Positions 1 through 8,635 of a DNA stretch of 38,015 nt are shown here, piece by piece. The DNA comes from Planctomycetota bacterium. GTDB lineage: Bacteria > Planctomycetota > UBA1135 > UBA2386. The position numbers and the translations under genes were made by a program. Below the pieces are notes generated by a model. That model was not told where the DNA came from. It saw only the letters and a program-made list of their open reading frames with translations, and did not search any database. Location of the stretch: positions 1-38,015 of the forward strand of contig JBMHDP010000237.1 of assembly GCA_049889335.1 (NCBI GenBank), read 5' to 3'. The stretch's first letter is position 1. Every line of letters begins with the position of its first letter.

Positions 1-1035
1 CATCGCGCCTTCCTTGTCGATGAACTCGCCGAGGAACGCGAACACGTTGCGCGCGTACATCGGCGAGGCGTCGTTGGCGACCTGCGCCGGGAGGTTGGTC
101 TCCCCGACGATCGTGACCCCGTCGACGACGACGGTCTGGCCCGGCTCGCTGCCTTCGACGTTGCCGCCCTGGCCGGCGGCCATGTCGATGATCACCGAGC
201 CCGGCGCCATCGCGCGGCGCATCTCGGCGGTGACCAACACCGGCGCCTTCTTGCCCGGCACCAGCGCGGTCGTGATCAGCACGTCCGAGCCTGAGATGTG
301 CTTGGTCAGGATCTCGCGCTGCTGCTTGAGGAACTCCTCGCCGGCCTCCTTGGCGTAGCCGCCCGAGGTCTCGGCGTCGGGCGGGGAACCGGTGTCGACG
401 AACTTGCCGCCGAGCGACTCCACCTGCTCCTTCACCGCGGGGCGGATGTCGTTGGCCTCGACGACCGCGCCGAGCTTCTTGGCGATCGAGATCGCCTGCA
501 GGCCCGCGACGCCGGCGCCGAGCACGAGGACCTTGGCGGGCTTGATGGTGCCCGCCGCCGTCATCATCAGCGGGAACATCTGCGGCAGGTGCACGGCCGC
601 GAGCAGCACCGCCTGGTAGCCGCCGCAGCTCGCCTGCGAGCTGAGGATGTCCATCTTCTGCGCGCGCGTGATGCGCGGCATGAACTCCAGGCCGATCGCG
701 GTGACCTTGGCGTCGCGCAGCGCGCGGATCGAGTCGAGCGCGTCGCCGGGCGTCAGCGTGCAGACGAGCAGCGAGCCCGGCTTCTGCTGCGCGCAGAGCT
801 CGGGCGTCGGCACCTGGACACAGGTGACGATGTCGGCGTCGCCGCGCGCGCCGGCGTCGACCAGGCTGGCGCCCGCCTCCTCGTAGTCCGCGTCGGAGTA
901 GCCGGCCGCGACGCCTGCGCCTCGCTCGACCTGCACGGAGAGGGACATCTTCTGCATGCCCTTGACGGTCTCGGGAATCGCCGCGACGCGCGCCTCGCCG
1001 GCCGCCGACTCCTTCGGCACGAAGATCACAACCAT
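1..1035 (-). CDS. pntA: NAD(P) transhydrogenase alpha subunit (alanine dehydrogenase/PNT family); C-terminal part cut off by window edge
   Basis: Not in the supplied ORF track because it runs off the left edge. The reverse complement from ATG at 1035..1033 reads MVVIFVPKESAAGEARVAAIPETVKGMQKMSLSVQVERGAGVAAG... and stays open to base 1 (345 codons). The downstream segments ITRAQKMDILSSQASCGGYQAVLLAA and AKVLVLGAGVAGLQAISIAKKLGAVVEANDIRPAVKEQVESLGGKF are colinear with E. coli PntA (RISRAQSLDALSSMANIAGY.., [44 protein letters not shown]). Confidence 0.8.
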   Translation of the reverse strand, partial: MVVIFVPKESAAGEARVAAIPETVKGMQKMSLSVQVERGAGVAAGYSDADYEEAGASLVDAGARGDADIVTCVQVPTPELCAQQKPGSLLVCTLTPGDALDSIRALRDAKVTAIGLEFMPRITRAQKMDILSSQASCGGYQAVLLAAVHLPQMFPLMMTAAGTIKPAKVLVLGAGVAGLQAISIAKKLGAVVEANDIRPAVKEQVESLGGKFVDTGSPPDAETSGGYAKEAGEEFLKQQREILTKHISGSDVLITTALVPGKKAPVLVTAEMRRAMAPGSVIIDMAAGQGGNVEGSEPGQTVVVDGVTIVGETNLPAQVANDASPMYARNVFAFLGEFIDKEGAM

Positions 1036-1131
1036 GGGTCCTTGCCTCGGTCCAAGCGTGGGGGAACGGCGTCAAGAGAAACAGAACCCCCGACGTCGCG
1101 CCACCGGGAAACAGCGCTAGTCTGGCGCGCC

Positions 1132-1998
1132 GTGCAGAGCTTCGTTGGAGACCTCGCGGATCGCGTCCTCGGCGGCCAAGCGCCGATCGTCATCGGCCTC
1201 GACCCGCGCCCGGCGGCCCTGCCCGAGCGCCTGCTGCCGGGCGCGGCGCCGGCCGCGCGCATCGTCGCGTTCTACCAGGAGACGCTCCCCGTCATCGCGC
1301 GCCACGCGCCCGCGGTGAAGCCCAACATCGCCTTCTTCGAGGCCTACGGCGCCGACGGCTTCCGCGCCTACGAGGAGGTCTGCAGGCTCGCGCGCGAGCA
1401 CGGTCTGCTGGTCGTGGGCGACGTCAAGCGCGGCGACATCGGCAGCACCGCCGAGGCCTACGCAGAGGGACACTTCCGGCACGCGGACTCGCTGACGCTG
1501 CACCCCTACCTCGGGGGTGACTCGGTCGCGCCCTTCCTCAAGTGGTGCCCGCGCGCAGGCGGCGGCCGCGGCGTCTTCGTGCTGGTGCGGACCAGCAACC
1601 CCGGCGCCGCCGACCTCCAGGACCTGTTGGTCGACGGCGAACCGCTCTGCGACCGGGTCGCGCGCGCCGTCAACGCCTGGGGTGCGTCGCTGGAGCAGGA
1701 GCACGGCTACCACGCGATCGGCGCCGTCGTCGGCGCGACCTGGCCGGCCGAGCTCGAGCGTCTGCGCGGCCTGATGCCGAACTCATGGCTCCTGATCCCG
1801 GGCGTGGGCGCGCAAGGGGGCAAGCTCAAGGACCTCGCGCCCGCGTTCGACGACCGCGGCCTCGGCGCGCTCGTCAACCAGAGCCGCGGGGTCATGCAGT
1901 GCTTCCCGCCCGCGAGCGACGACTGGCTCGACCGGATCGAACAGGCCTGCGCCACCTTCGCGGCCGAGTGCCGCGCCGTCGCGGTCCCGAACAGCTGA
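1132..1998 (+). CDS. pyrF: orotidine 5'-phosphate decarboxylase, type 2
   Basis: This is the C-terminal 288 codons of track ORF 298..1998. The in-frame GTG at 1132 gives VQSFVGDLADRVLGGQAPIVIGLDPRP..AVKPNIAFFEAYG..VVGDVKRGDIGSTAEAYA..LIPGVGAQGG, the typical long-form PyrF pattern. The 5' part of the track ORF is antisense to pntA and is not coding. Confidence 0.85.
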   Translation: MQSFVGDLADRVLGGQAPIVIGLDPRPAALPERLLPGAAPAARIVAFYQETLPVIARHAPAVKPNIAFFEAYGADGFRAYEEVCRLAREHGLLVVGDVKRGDIGSTAEAYAEGHFRHADSLTLHPYLGGDSVAPFLKWCPRAGGGRGVFVLVRTSNPGAADLQDLLVDGEPLCDRVARAVNAWGASLEQEHGYHAIGAVVGATWPAELERLRGLMPNSWLLIPGVGAQGGKLKDLAPAFDDRGLGALVNQSRGVMQCFPPASDDWLDRIEQACATFAAECRAVAVPNS

Positions 1999-2007
1999 GC
2001 CCGCAGC

Positions 2008-3579
2008 ATGACGAGCCACGAGACCTCGACCCTCCGTCACATCTCCTTCCGCAACCTCGGGACGACCGAGGTCCACCAGCGCTTCCTGGAGAACGACCGT
2101 GACCTGCAGGGCTTCCTCGGGGTCCGCGCCGACGACGTCGCCCAGCTGCTGAAGCGCGCGCCCACGGGCGCGGGTCGGGTCGTGCCGCGCGAGGAGCTGG
2201 TGGCCTCGCTCCGCGGCTACGCCGAGCGCCACGGCGCGCCCGCCGAGGTGTTCGCCAACATCGACGCGCTGCTCGACCCCGAGACCCACGTCGTCGTGAC
2301 CGGACAGCAGCCCGGACTGCTCGGCGGCCCGCTGTTCTGCCTGCACAAGGCCGCGACCGCGATCCGGCTCTGCCGGGAGATCGAGCGACAGGGCGGCCCG
2401 CGCTGCGTGCCGCTGTTCTGGAACCACAGCGACGACCACGACCTGGACGAGGGCAACCGGACCTTCCTGATCAACCAGAGCCAAGAGGTCCAGCGCTTCC
2501 GCCTCGACCTGACGCTCCACAACGAGTCGCTGCGCGGGGTCCACGTCGGCCGCGAGGTCGAGCGCCTGCTCGCCGAGGTCGCGCCGCTGCTCCCCGAGAC
2601 GGAGTTCCACGACGCGCTGCTCAGGACGCTCACGCCGAAGCACCCCGACGACACGCTCGCCGACCTGCAGGCGCGCCTGATGTTCGAGACCTTCGGGCGG
2701 CACGGCCTGGTGATGATCGAGCCCAGGGACATGCCCGAGAGCGCCTTCGCGCCGCTGGAGAAGTGGTGGAGCCGCGCGGGCGAGATCCGCGAGCAGGTCA
2801 AGCAGACCTGCGACGACCTCCACGACCTCGGCGTCGACATCACGCTCGACCCGAGCGCGACGATGATGTTCGCCATGAACGGCGGCCGCCGGGAGCCGCT
2901 CGCCGACGGCGAAGAGTTCGGGGAACGCCGCAACCTGTCGCCGGGCGTGCTGCTCCGGCCCCTGTGGCAGGACGCCTGTCTGCCCACGGTCGGGTTCGTC
3001 GTGGGCCCGGGCGAGCTCAGCTACCTCGCCGCGGTCGCGCCGCTCTACCGGCAGCTCGGCGTCCCGCAGCCGGTGTTCGTGCCGCGGTCTTCGCTGACGC
3101 TCGTCGACCCGTCGATGCAGCGCGCGATGCAGCGCTTCTCGCTGGACCTGCCCGACCTCAACGAGACCCCGGAGCGCCTCGCCGAGCGCCTGCTACAAGA
3201 CGAACAAGGCGGCCGCGGCGACGTCGAGGACCTGCTGGACGACATCAAGCACCGCCTGCGCGCCGACCTGAGCGCCGTCGAGAAGAAGCTCGCGGCGATC
3301 GACGCGTCGATGACGGGCGCGCTCGACCGCGCCCGCACCAAGTCGACCGAAGAGCTCGACCGCCTGCAGCACAAGGTCCGCAACGCGCGCCAGAACCGTG
3401 AGGGCACCGGCATCAAGCAGCTCCGCCGGCTCTGCAACTCGCTGCGTCCTCGCGCGCGCATGCAGGAGCGCGTGTTCGGGCCGGTCGCCTTCCTCAACGC
3501 CTACGGCCCGCGCCTCGCCGACGAGCTCATCGGCGCCGCGGATCCGTTCCGGGTCGAGCACGGGGTGCTGGAGCTGTGA
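2008..3579 (+). CDS. bshC: bacillithiol biosynthesis cysteine-adding enzyme BshC
   Basis: 523 aa. VVTGQQPGLLGGPLFCLHKAATAI, FWNHSDDHDLDE, LLRPLWQDACLPTVGFVVGPGELSYL and the C-terminal QERVFGPVAFLNAYGP are colinear with B. subtilis BshC ([71 protein letters not shown]). Confidence 0.9.
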   Translation: MTSHETSTLRHISFRNLGTTEVHQRFLENDRDLQGFLGVRADDVAQLLKRAPTGAGRVVPREELVASLRGYAERHGAPAEVFANIDALLDPETHVVVTGQQPGLLGGPLFCLHKAATAIRLCREIERQGGPRCVPLFWNHSDDHDLDEGNRTFLINQSQEVQRFRLDLTLHNESLRGVHVGREVERLLAEVAPLLPETEFHDALLRTLTPKHPDDTLADLQARLMFETFGRHGLVMIEPRDMPESAFAPLEKWWSRAGEIREQVKQTCDDLHDLGVDITLDPSATMMFAMNGGRREPLADGEEFGERRNLSPGVLLRPLWQDACLPTVGFVVGPGELSYLAAVAPLYRQLGVPQPVFVPRSSLTLVDPSMQRAMQRFSLDLPDLNETPERLAERLLQDEQGGRGDVEDLLDDIKHRLRADLSAVEKKLAAIDASMTGALDRARTKSTEELDRLQHKVRNARQNREGTGIKQLRRLCNSLRPRARMQERVFGPVAFLNAYGPRLADELIGAADPFRVEHGVLEL

Positions 3580-4307
3580 GCGCCGACGCCGCCCAGCGCC
3601 TGTCGCCGTGCGATGCGCTCGCCTTCGGCGCGCACCCCGACGACGTCGAGATCGCCTGCGGCGGCGCCATCCTGCTGCTGACACGGGCGGGGCGGACCGC
3701 CTCGATCGTCGACCTCACCGGCGGCGAGAAGGGCTCCCGCGGCACGGCGGCAGAGCGCGCCGCAGAAGCCAGCGCCGCGGCCGCGGCGCTGCAGCTGGCC
3801 GCGCGGGTCAACCTCGGCCTGCCGGACACCGGCGTACGCGACGACGACGCGTCCACCGACCTGGTGGTCGCTGCGCTGCGGGCAGCGACGCCGAGGATCG
3901 TCTTCGCTCCGCACGAGCAGGACGTGCACCCCGACCACACCAACGCCGCGCGGCTGGTCGCGCGGGCGCACTTCTTGTCGGGTCTGCGCAACTACCGCCC
4001 CGACCTGGGAGCGCCGCACCGGGCCACGATCCTGCTGCGCTACCCGGGCAACCTGCCGGTCGAGCCGGCGCTGGTCGTCGACATCAGCGCGGTCGCCGAC
4101 CAGAAGCTCGAGGCCGTCCGCTGCTACGCCTCGCAGCTGTCGCCACCCGACAAGGGACACCTGACGCAGGGGCTCGACCTGCTCGACCGCACGGTCGTGC
4201 GTCAACGCGCCATGGGCGCGAGGATCGCGGCCGCGGCCGGGGAGGGGTTCTGCCACGACGGACCGCTGCGCGTCGACCTCGCTGCCTGGCTCGCGCCCGG
4301 AGCCTGA
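3576..4307 (+). CDS. bshB: LmbE-family N-acetylglucosaminyl-malate deacetylase (bacillithiol BshB1 type)
   Basis: The GTG start overlaps the bshC TGA (GTGA). AFGAHPDDVEIACGG..IVDLTGGEKGS..VFAPHEQDVHPDHTNAARLV matches the LmbE/BshB1 zinc-site pattern (AHxDDxE ... HPDH). Confidence 0.85.
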   Translation: MSADAAQRLSPCDALAFGAHPDDVEIACGGAILLLTRAGRTASIVDLTGGEKGSRGTAAERAAEASAAAAALQLAARVNLGLPDTGVRDDDASTDLVVAALRAATPRIVFAPHEQDVHPDHTNAARLVARAHFLSGLRNYRPDLGAPHRATILLRYPGNLPVEPALVVDISAVADQKLEAVRCYASQLSPPDKGHLTQGLDLLDRTVVRQRAMGARIAAAAGEGFCHDGPLRVDLAAWLAPGA

Positions 4308-4374
4308 TGTCATCGGATTCGCGCTCGCGTCCGCGCAGGGGGTCCGTCAAGATGCAGGTCCTGGGAGTCTCCAC

Positions 4375-5250
4375 ATGAAGCGCATCGCGGTCATCAATCA
4401 GAAGGGCGGCGTCGGCAAGACGACCACCACGGTCAACCTCGGCGCCGCGCTCGCGCACCACGGCAAGCGCACCCTGCTGCTCGACCTCGACCCGCAGGCG
4501 AACATGACCGTGCACGTCGACAAGCGGCCGGACATGGAGAGCGACACGCTCACCAACCTGCTGATCGACGACACGCCGCTCAACGACCTCATCCAGGCGA
4601 CCTCCCAGGAGAACCTCTCGGTCGTGCCCAGCGACACGTCGCTCGCCGGCGTCGAGCAGGTGCTCGCCAACCGGATCGGCCGCGAGACGATCCTCCGCCA
4701 GGCGCTCGAGAACGCCAAGGCCGACGCCCGCTTCGACTTCGTCCTGTTCGACTGCCCGCCGTCGCTGGGCGTGCTGAGCGCCAACGCGCTGGTGGCCGCG
4801 GACTTCGTCGTGATCCCCATGCAGGCCGAGTACCTGTCGCTGCAGGGCATGGCCAAGCTCCTCGAGGTGATCGAGCTGGTCCAAAAGCAGCTCAACCCGC
4901 ACCTCCAGATCGCCTGCGTGCTCCCCTGCATGCTCGACTCCCGGACCAACCTGTCCGCAGAGGTCCTGAACGAGATCGAGCAGCACTTCGGCAGCCTGCT
5001 CACCAGGACCCGCATCCGCAACAACGTCAAGCTGGCGGAGGCGCCGAGCTTCGGCCGCACCATCTTCGAGCACGCGCCGGACAGCAACGGCGCGCGCGAC
5101 TACGCGGCCTTCGGGCTCGAGTTCCTGAGCATGATCGGAGAGGGCGAGGCGGCTGCGACCGAAGAGGACGTCAGCGACGACCCGGAGCTGGTCGAGCGCC
5201 CCGGAGAACCGCCGGCGACGGCCGAAGCAGAGGCCGAAGCAGAGGCCTGA
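4375..5250 (+). CDS. parA: ParA/Soj-family partition ATPase with acidic Ala/Glu C-terminal tail
   Basis: MKRIAVINQKGGVGKTTTTVNLGAALA..LLLDLDPQANMT..FDCPPSLGVLSANAL..VVIPMQAEYLSLQGM..LDSRTNL..IRNNVKLAEAPSFG is colinear with B. subtilis Soj, including the deviant Walker A KGGVGKTT. A GGAG lies upstream of the ATG. Confidence 0.9.
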   Translation: MKRIAVINQKGGVGKTTTTVNLGAALAHHGKRTLLLDLDPQANMTVHVDKRPDMESDTLTNLLIDDTPLNDLIQATSQENLSVVPSDTSLAGVEQVLANRIGRETILRQALENAKADARFDFVLFDCPPSLGVLSANALVAADFVVIPMQAEYLSLQGMAKLLEVIELVQKQLNPHLQIACVLPCMLDSRTNLSAEVLNEIEQHFGSLLTRTRIRNNVKLAEAPSFGRTIFEHAPDSNGARDYAAFGLEFLSMIGEGEAAATEEDVSDDPELVERPGEPPATAEAEAEAEA

Positions 5251-5308
5251 GAGAAACTGCGCGCGGGGCTCATCCTCGCGGCGGGGAACGGTCGATAGCG
5301 CCCATGAC

Positions 5309-5914
5309 ATGGCGCGCGAAGACAGGGATCTCGAGCAGCTCTCGACGATGCTCCGGCAGTGCCTGGGCCGCATCGACGAGGAGGCCTTCCGCCTGCAGGA
5401 GTCCGACGGCGAGCCCGTCGACTTCGGCGAGGCCGACCGCCTCGAAGAGGCCACCTTCGAGCTGCGGGACCTCGTCGAGTCCCTGCTCGTGGTCGAGGCC
5501 ACAGAGGAGGCGGACGTCAACGAGGTCGTCTCCTCGGTCGCCTCGGCGCGCCTGCAGGAGGTCTCGGTGCCGCTGGTCCAGCGGCTGCGGCTGAGCGAGG
5601 GCAGCGCGCGCGCTGCGGTCTCGCGCTCGGTCCTGGCGACCGCCGTCGACCGCGCGCTCTCGATGGCCGTCGGCGCGGTGCGTGCCGGTGGACAGCTCAA
5701 CCTGAGCACGCGCGTCGAACGGGACGCCGTGGTGCTCGAGGTCGAGTGCCAGGGCTGCGACCTGGAGGACGGCGCCTGCGAGCGCGCCGAGACCCTGCGC
5801 GACTTCGTCGAGGGGTTCGGCGGCAGCTGCGCGGTGCGCTGCGAGCAGGAGGACCTGTTCTTCGTGCTGGAGGTGCCCCGGGTGAACGCGACCGAGCCGA
5901 GCGATCGCGGCTGA
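5309..5914 (+). CDS. hypothetical acidic protein; C-terminal half resembles a degenerate GHKL/histidine-kinase ATPase domain; contains no histidine
   Basis: 201 aa with strong third-position G/C bias in this frame, whereas the antisense ORF 5270..5947 looks like Arg/Ala shadow. VLATAVDRALSMAVGAVRAGGQLNLSTRVERDAVVLEVECQGCD...LRDFVEGFGGSCAVRCEQEDLFFVLEVP follows the HATPase_c layout, but the N-box Asn and the G1/G2 glycine motifs are not recognisable. Confidence 0.6.
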   Translation: MAREDRDLEQLSTMLRQCLGRIDEEAFRLQESDGEPVDFGEADRLEEATFELRDLVESLLVVEATEEADVNEVVSSVASARLQEVSVPLVQRLRLSEGSARAAVSRSVLATAVDRALSMAVGAVRAGGQLNLSTRVERDAVVLEVECQGCDLEDGACERAETLRDFVEGFGGSCAVRCEQEDLFFVLEVPRVNATEPSDRG

Positions 5915-5933
5915 TTCGCGTAGGATCCGCACC

Positions 5934-7037
5934 ATGCGGATCGGCATCGTCTGTTACCCGACGGTCGGCGGCAGCGGCGTCGTCGCGACCGAGATGGCCA
6001 TGGCGCTCGGCGAGCGCGGCCACGAGGTCCACCTGCTCAGCTACGACCGCCCTGGCCGGCTCCGCTCCGACGCGCCGGGCGTGACCTTTCACCAGGTCGC
6101 GGTCTCGGCGTATCCGCTGTTCCGGTTCCCGCCCTACGACCTCGCGCTCGCGACGCGCATGCTGGAGGTGCGCGAGGAGGCCGGGGTCGAGCTGTTCCAC
6201 GTCCACTATGCCATCCCGCACGCGGTCAGCGCCTACCTCGCGCGGAGCATGTGCGACGGCGACCTGAAGTTCGTCACGACGCTCCACGGCACCGACATCA
6301 CCGTCGTCGGCAGCGACCGCAGCTACTTGCGCCCCACGCGCTTCGCGCTCGAGCAGTCGGACGCGATCACCGCGGTCAGCGGCTACCTGGCCGACGAGAC
6401 GCGCCGGATGTTCGCCGTCCGCAACGAGGTCGACGTGGTGCACAACTTCGTCGACACCGAGCGTTTTCGGCCGGCGGGCGGTCAGCGGTGGCACGAGCGG
6501 AGCGGCCGGGAGCGGGTGCTGGTCCACGCGTCCAACTTCCGGCCGGTCAAGCGCGTCGCGGACGTGGTCCGCGCCTTCGCCGCCGTCCAGCGCGAGCTGC
6601 CGGCGCGGCTGATCCTGCTCGGCGACGGCCCCGACCGCGAACACGCGCTCGCGGTCGCGGCCGACCTCGGCTGCAGCCACCGGGTCGAGCAGCTCGGCGT
6701 GCGGGACGACCTGGAGACGCTGCTGCCCCAGGCAGACCTGTTCTTGTCGGCCTCGCAGACCGAGAGCTTCGGCCTGTCGATCCTCGAGGCCATGGCCTGC
6801 GGCGTCCCCGCGGTCAGCACCGACGTCGGCGGCGTCGCCGAGGTCGTGGGGGAGACCGGGCGCCTGGTGCCGGTGAACGACCCCGAGTCGATGGCGCGGG
6901 CGGCCATCGAGGTGCTGGCAGACGCGGACGACTACCGGGCGCGCGCCCGCGCAGCGCGCGCGCGCGCGTGCGAGCAGTTCACGACCGAGCGGATCGTGGC
7001 GCGCTACGAGTCCGTCTACGAGCGAGTGATGTCGTGA
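5934..7037 (+). CDS. bshA: N-acetyl-alpha-D-glucosaminyl L-malate synthase (GT4 glycosyltransferase, bacillithiol BshA)
   Basis: MRIGIVCYPTVGGSGVVATEMAMALGERGHEVHLLS..FHQV..YPLFRFPPYDLALA..HVHYAIPHAVSAYLA..TLHGTDITVVG..ESFGLSILEAMACGVP is colinear with B. subtilis BshA ([20 protein letters not shown].., YAVFKYPPYDLTLA, TLHGTDITVLG, ESFGLVLLEAMACGVP). Confidence 0.9.
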   Translation: MRIGIVCYPTVGGSGVVATEMAMALGERGHEVHLLSYDRPGRLRSDAPGVTFHQVAVSAYPLFRFPPYDLALATRMLEVREEAGVELFHVHYAIPHAVSAYLARSMCDGDLKFVTTLHGTDITVVGSDRSYLRPTRFALEQSDAITAVSGYLADETRRMFAVRNEVDVVHNFVDTERFRPAGGQRWHERSGRERVLVHASNFRPVKRVADVVRAFAAVQRELPARLILLGDGPDREHALAVAADLGCSHRVEQLGVRDDLETLLPQADLFLSASQTESFGLSILEAMACGVPAVSTDVGGVAEVVGETGRLVPVNDPESMARAAIEVLADADDYRARARAARARACEQFTTERIVARYESVYERVMS

Positions 7038-8167
7038 GCGCGCTCGGCGGAGACTCCTGGTTCTGCGACGCCAACGCAGGCGCGCCGGCGCTGCCCGAGG
7101 TCCTGGAGTTGTTCATGGACGTCGAGCGCCGGTTCCCGGCCAACCCGGCGAGCGCGCACGCGGCGGGCAGGCGCGCCAGGGGAGCGCTCGAGCAGGCGCG
7201 TGAGCAGGTCGCAGCAGCGCTGGGCGTCGCCGCCGGCGACGTGGTGTTCACCAGCGGCGGGACCGAGGCGGCCAACTTGGCCGTGCGGGGTCTCGGAGAC
7301 CCGTCGCTCCCGGTGCTCGCCGGAGACCTCGAACACCCCGCCGTGCGCGAAGCCGCGGCCCAGCGGGGCTGCGTCGGCTGGGGCGTCGGTGAAACGGGCG
7401 CCGTCCTGGTGACCGAGCCGCGCGCGGCGGTCGGGCTGGTCGCCCTGGTCCACGCGCAGAGCGAAGTCGGGACGCTCCAGCCGATCGCTGCGGCGGCCGC
7501 CGTGGCGAAGGCGCACGGTGTGCCGCTCTTCGTCGACGCCGCGCAGACGCTCGGCAGGGCTCCCCTCGGGCCCGTGTTCGAGGCAGGCGCAGCGGTCGCG
7601 CTGTCGCCCCACAAGGCGGGCGGGCTCCGCGGCAGCGGCGTGCTCGCGGGCCACGGCCTCCACGCCGGGCTACGCCCCCTCATGTTCGGCGGTGGCCAGG
7701 AGATGGGTGCACGCCCGGGCACGCCGAGCGTCGCGCTGGCGGCGGCCAACGCGCTGGCGATCGAGCGGGCCGTGGCCGAGCGCGCGCAGCGGGCCGAGAA
7801 CATGGCGCGCAACCGCGAGTCGTTCCTGCGGGCGCTCGGGTCCGTCGACGACGCGCACCGAGTCTTGACGCCGTTGGCCGACAGCGTGCCCAACACCACC
7901 ATGGTGTGGTTTGGCGGGGTGGAGGGCCGCTACCTGCTGCCTGCGCTGGACCTCGCGGGCGTGCACGCTTCGCACGGCTCTGCCTGCTCGTCGGGCTCTC
8001 CGACGCCGCCGCGCGTGCTCGCCGCGATGCGCATCGACGACGACGACGCGCGGGCCTGCGTACGGTTCAGCTTCGGCTGGTCGGACGCGGCCGCAGACTG
8101 CGCCCGAGCCGGTGGCGTCGTCGGCGAAGTCGTCGGACGGCTTCGCAAAAAAAACTCGGCGCGTTGA
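7034..8167 (+). CDS. class-V aminotransferase / cysteine desulfurase (NifS/IscS-like)
   Basis: The in-frame GTG at 7034 overlaps the bshA TGA (GTGA). It has FTSGGTEAANLAV, HAQSEVGTLQPI, the PLP-lysine context ALSPHKAGGLRGSGVL, and the C-terminal catalytic-Cys loop HGSACSSGS. The rest of track ORF 6251..8167 upstream of 7034 overlaps bshA out of frame. Confidence 0.85.
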   Translation: MSALGGDSWFCDANAGAPALPEVLELFMDVERRFPANPASAHAAGRRARGALEQAREQVAAALGVAAGDVVFTSGGTEAANLAVRGLGDPSLPVLAGDLEHPAVREAAAQRGCVGWGVGETGAVLVTEPRAAVGLVALVHAQSEVGTLQPIAAAAAVAKAHGVPLFVDAAQTLGRAPLGPVFEAGAAVALSPHKAGGLRGSGVLAGHGLHAGLRPLMFGGGQEMGARPGTPSVALAAANALAIERAVAERAQRAENMARNRESFLRALGSVDDAHRVLTPLADSVPNTTMVWFGGVEGRYLLPALDLAGVHASHGSACSSGSPTPPRVLAAMRIDDDDARACVRFSFGWSDAAADCARAGGVVGEVVGRLRKKNSAR

Positions 8168-8635
8168 ACGCACGTTCACGAACCCACGCGACGCGTCCAA
8201 GTCGTTGTGTTTCCCTCACACCGCGGTCGGGGGCAATTCGGCGCGCGCCGCGGCCCTCCGCGAGCGAGTGTGCAAAGTTGATCGCGCGTGCTTGCGCGGC
8301 CCATGCCGGCCGTTAGAACGAGGTTGTCAGTCACGCGCTGACGGCGCGGCATGCCTGGCCGAACCGTCGTTGCGATCGTCTCGAAGCCCCGTTGCCTGGC
8401 GGCGCCTCGAGCCCCCTCAGCCCCTCCGTCTCAGCCAACCCGACTCCCTCTGCGCCGACCGCTCCTGGCACGAGCTCGGCCGAACCTGCGAGAACCTCTC
8501 CCAAGCCCTCCTCGCCACCGGTCCGTTCTCCGGCCTGTCGCCCCGAGCCACGCGCGCCATTGCCGCCCTGGCCACGAAGGCAGCCGCCGTCGAAACGACC
8601 GAGACCACCCCAACCGAACTCGCCCACTGCCCCCC

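Noticed and set aside
298-1131. The 5' two-thirds of the 566-aa track ORF 298..1998, as an N-terminal extension of PyrF.
   Set aside because: This part lies antisense to the clearly recognisable pntA and translates to low-complexity Arg/Ala/Leu/Gly sequence. PyrF homology starts at GTG 1132.
4368-4375. TCTCCACA occurs at the parA start and again at 10683..10690, and could be a lineage-specific DnaA box.
   Set aside because: Similar 6-7/9 matches (for example CGATCCACA and TCTTCCACA) also occur inside coding regions (gyrB, dnaA). Two copies are not distinguishable from chance without a genome-wide count.
5221-5244. A 2 x 12-bp tandem repeat GCCGAAGCAGAG at the 3' end of parA.
   Set aside because: It simply encodes the low-complexity AEAEAEAEA tail. 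It has no independent significance.
8147-8154. An A8 homopolymer near the 3' end of the cysteine desulfurase gene. This is unusual in DNA this GC-rich and could be a slippage or phase-variation tract.
   Set aside because: Only the last few codons (..LRKKNSAR*) would be affected, after all catalytic motifs. There is no evidence of an alternative frame product. It is most likely incidental.
8165-8178. A TGAACG-ca-CGTTCA palindrome just after the desulfurase stop, upstream of dnaA. It could be an operator or a terminator.
   Set aside because: The arms are only 6 bp with a 2-nt spacer, which is too small for an RNA hairpin. A palindrome of this size is expected by chance in a few hundred bp.
8351-8635. 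A 95-codon N-terminal extension of DnaA from ATG 8351 (track ORF 8351..10195).
   Set aside because: The extension (MPGRTVVAIVSKPRCLAAPRAPSAPPSQPTRLPLRRP...) is Pro/Arg-rich and unlike any DnaA domain I. Recognisable DnaA sequence begins shortly after Met 8636. It is kept as start uncertainty only.
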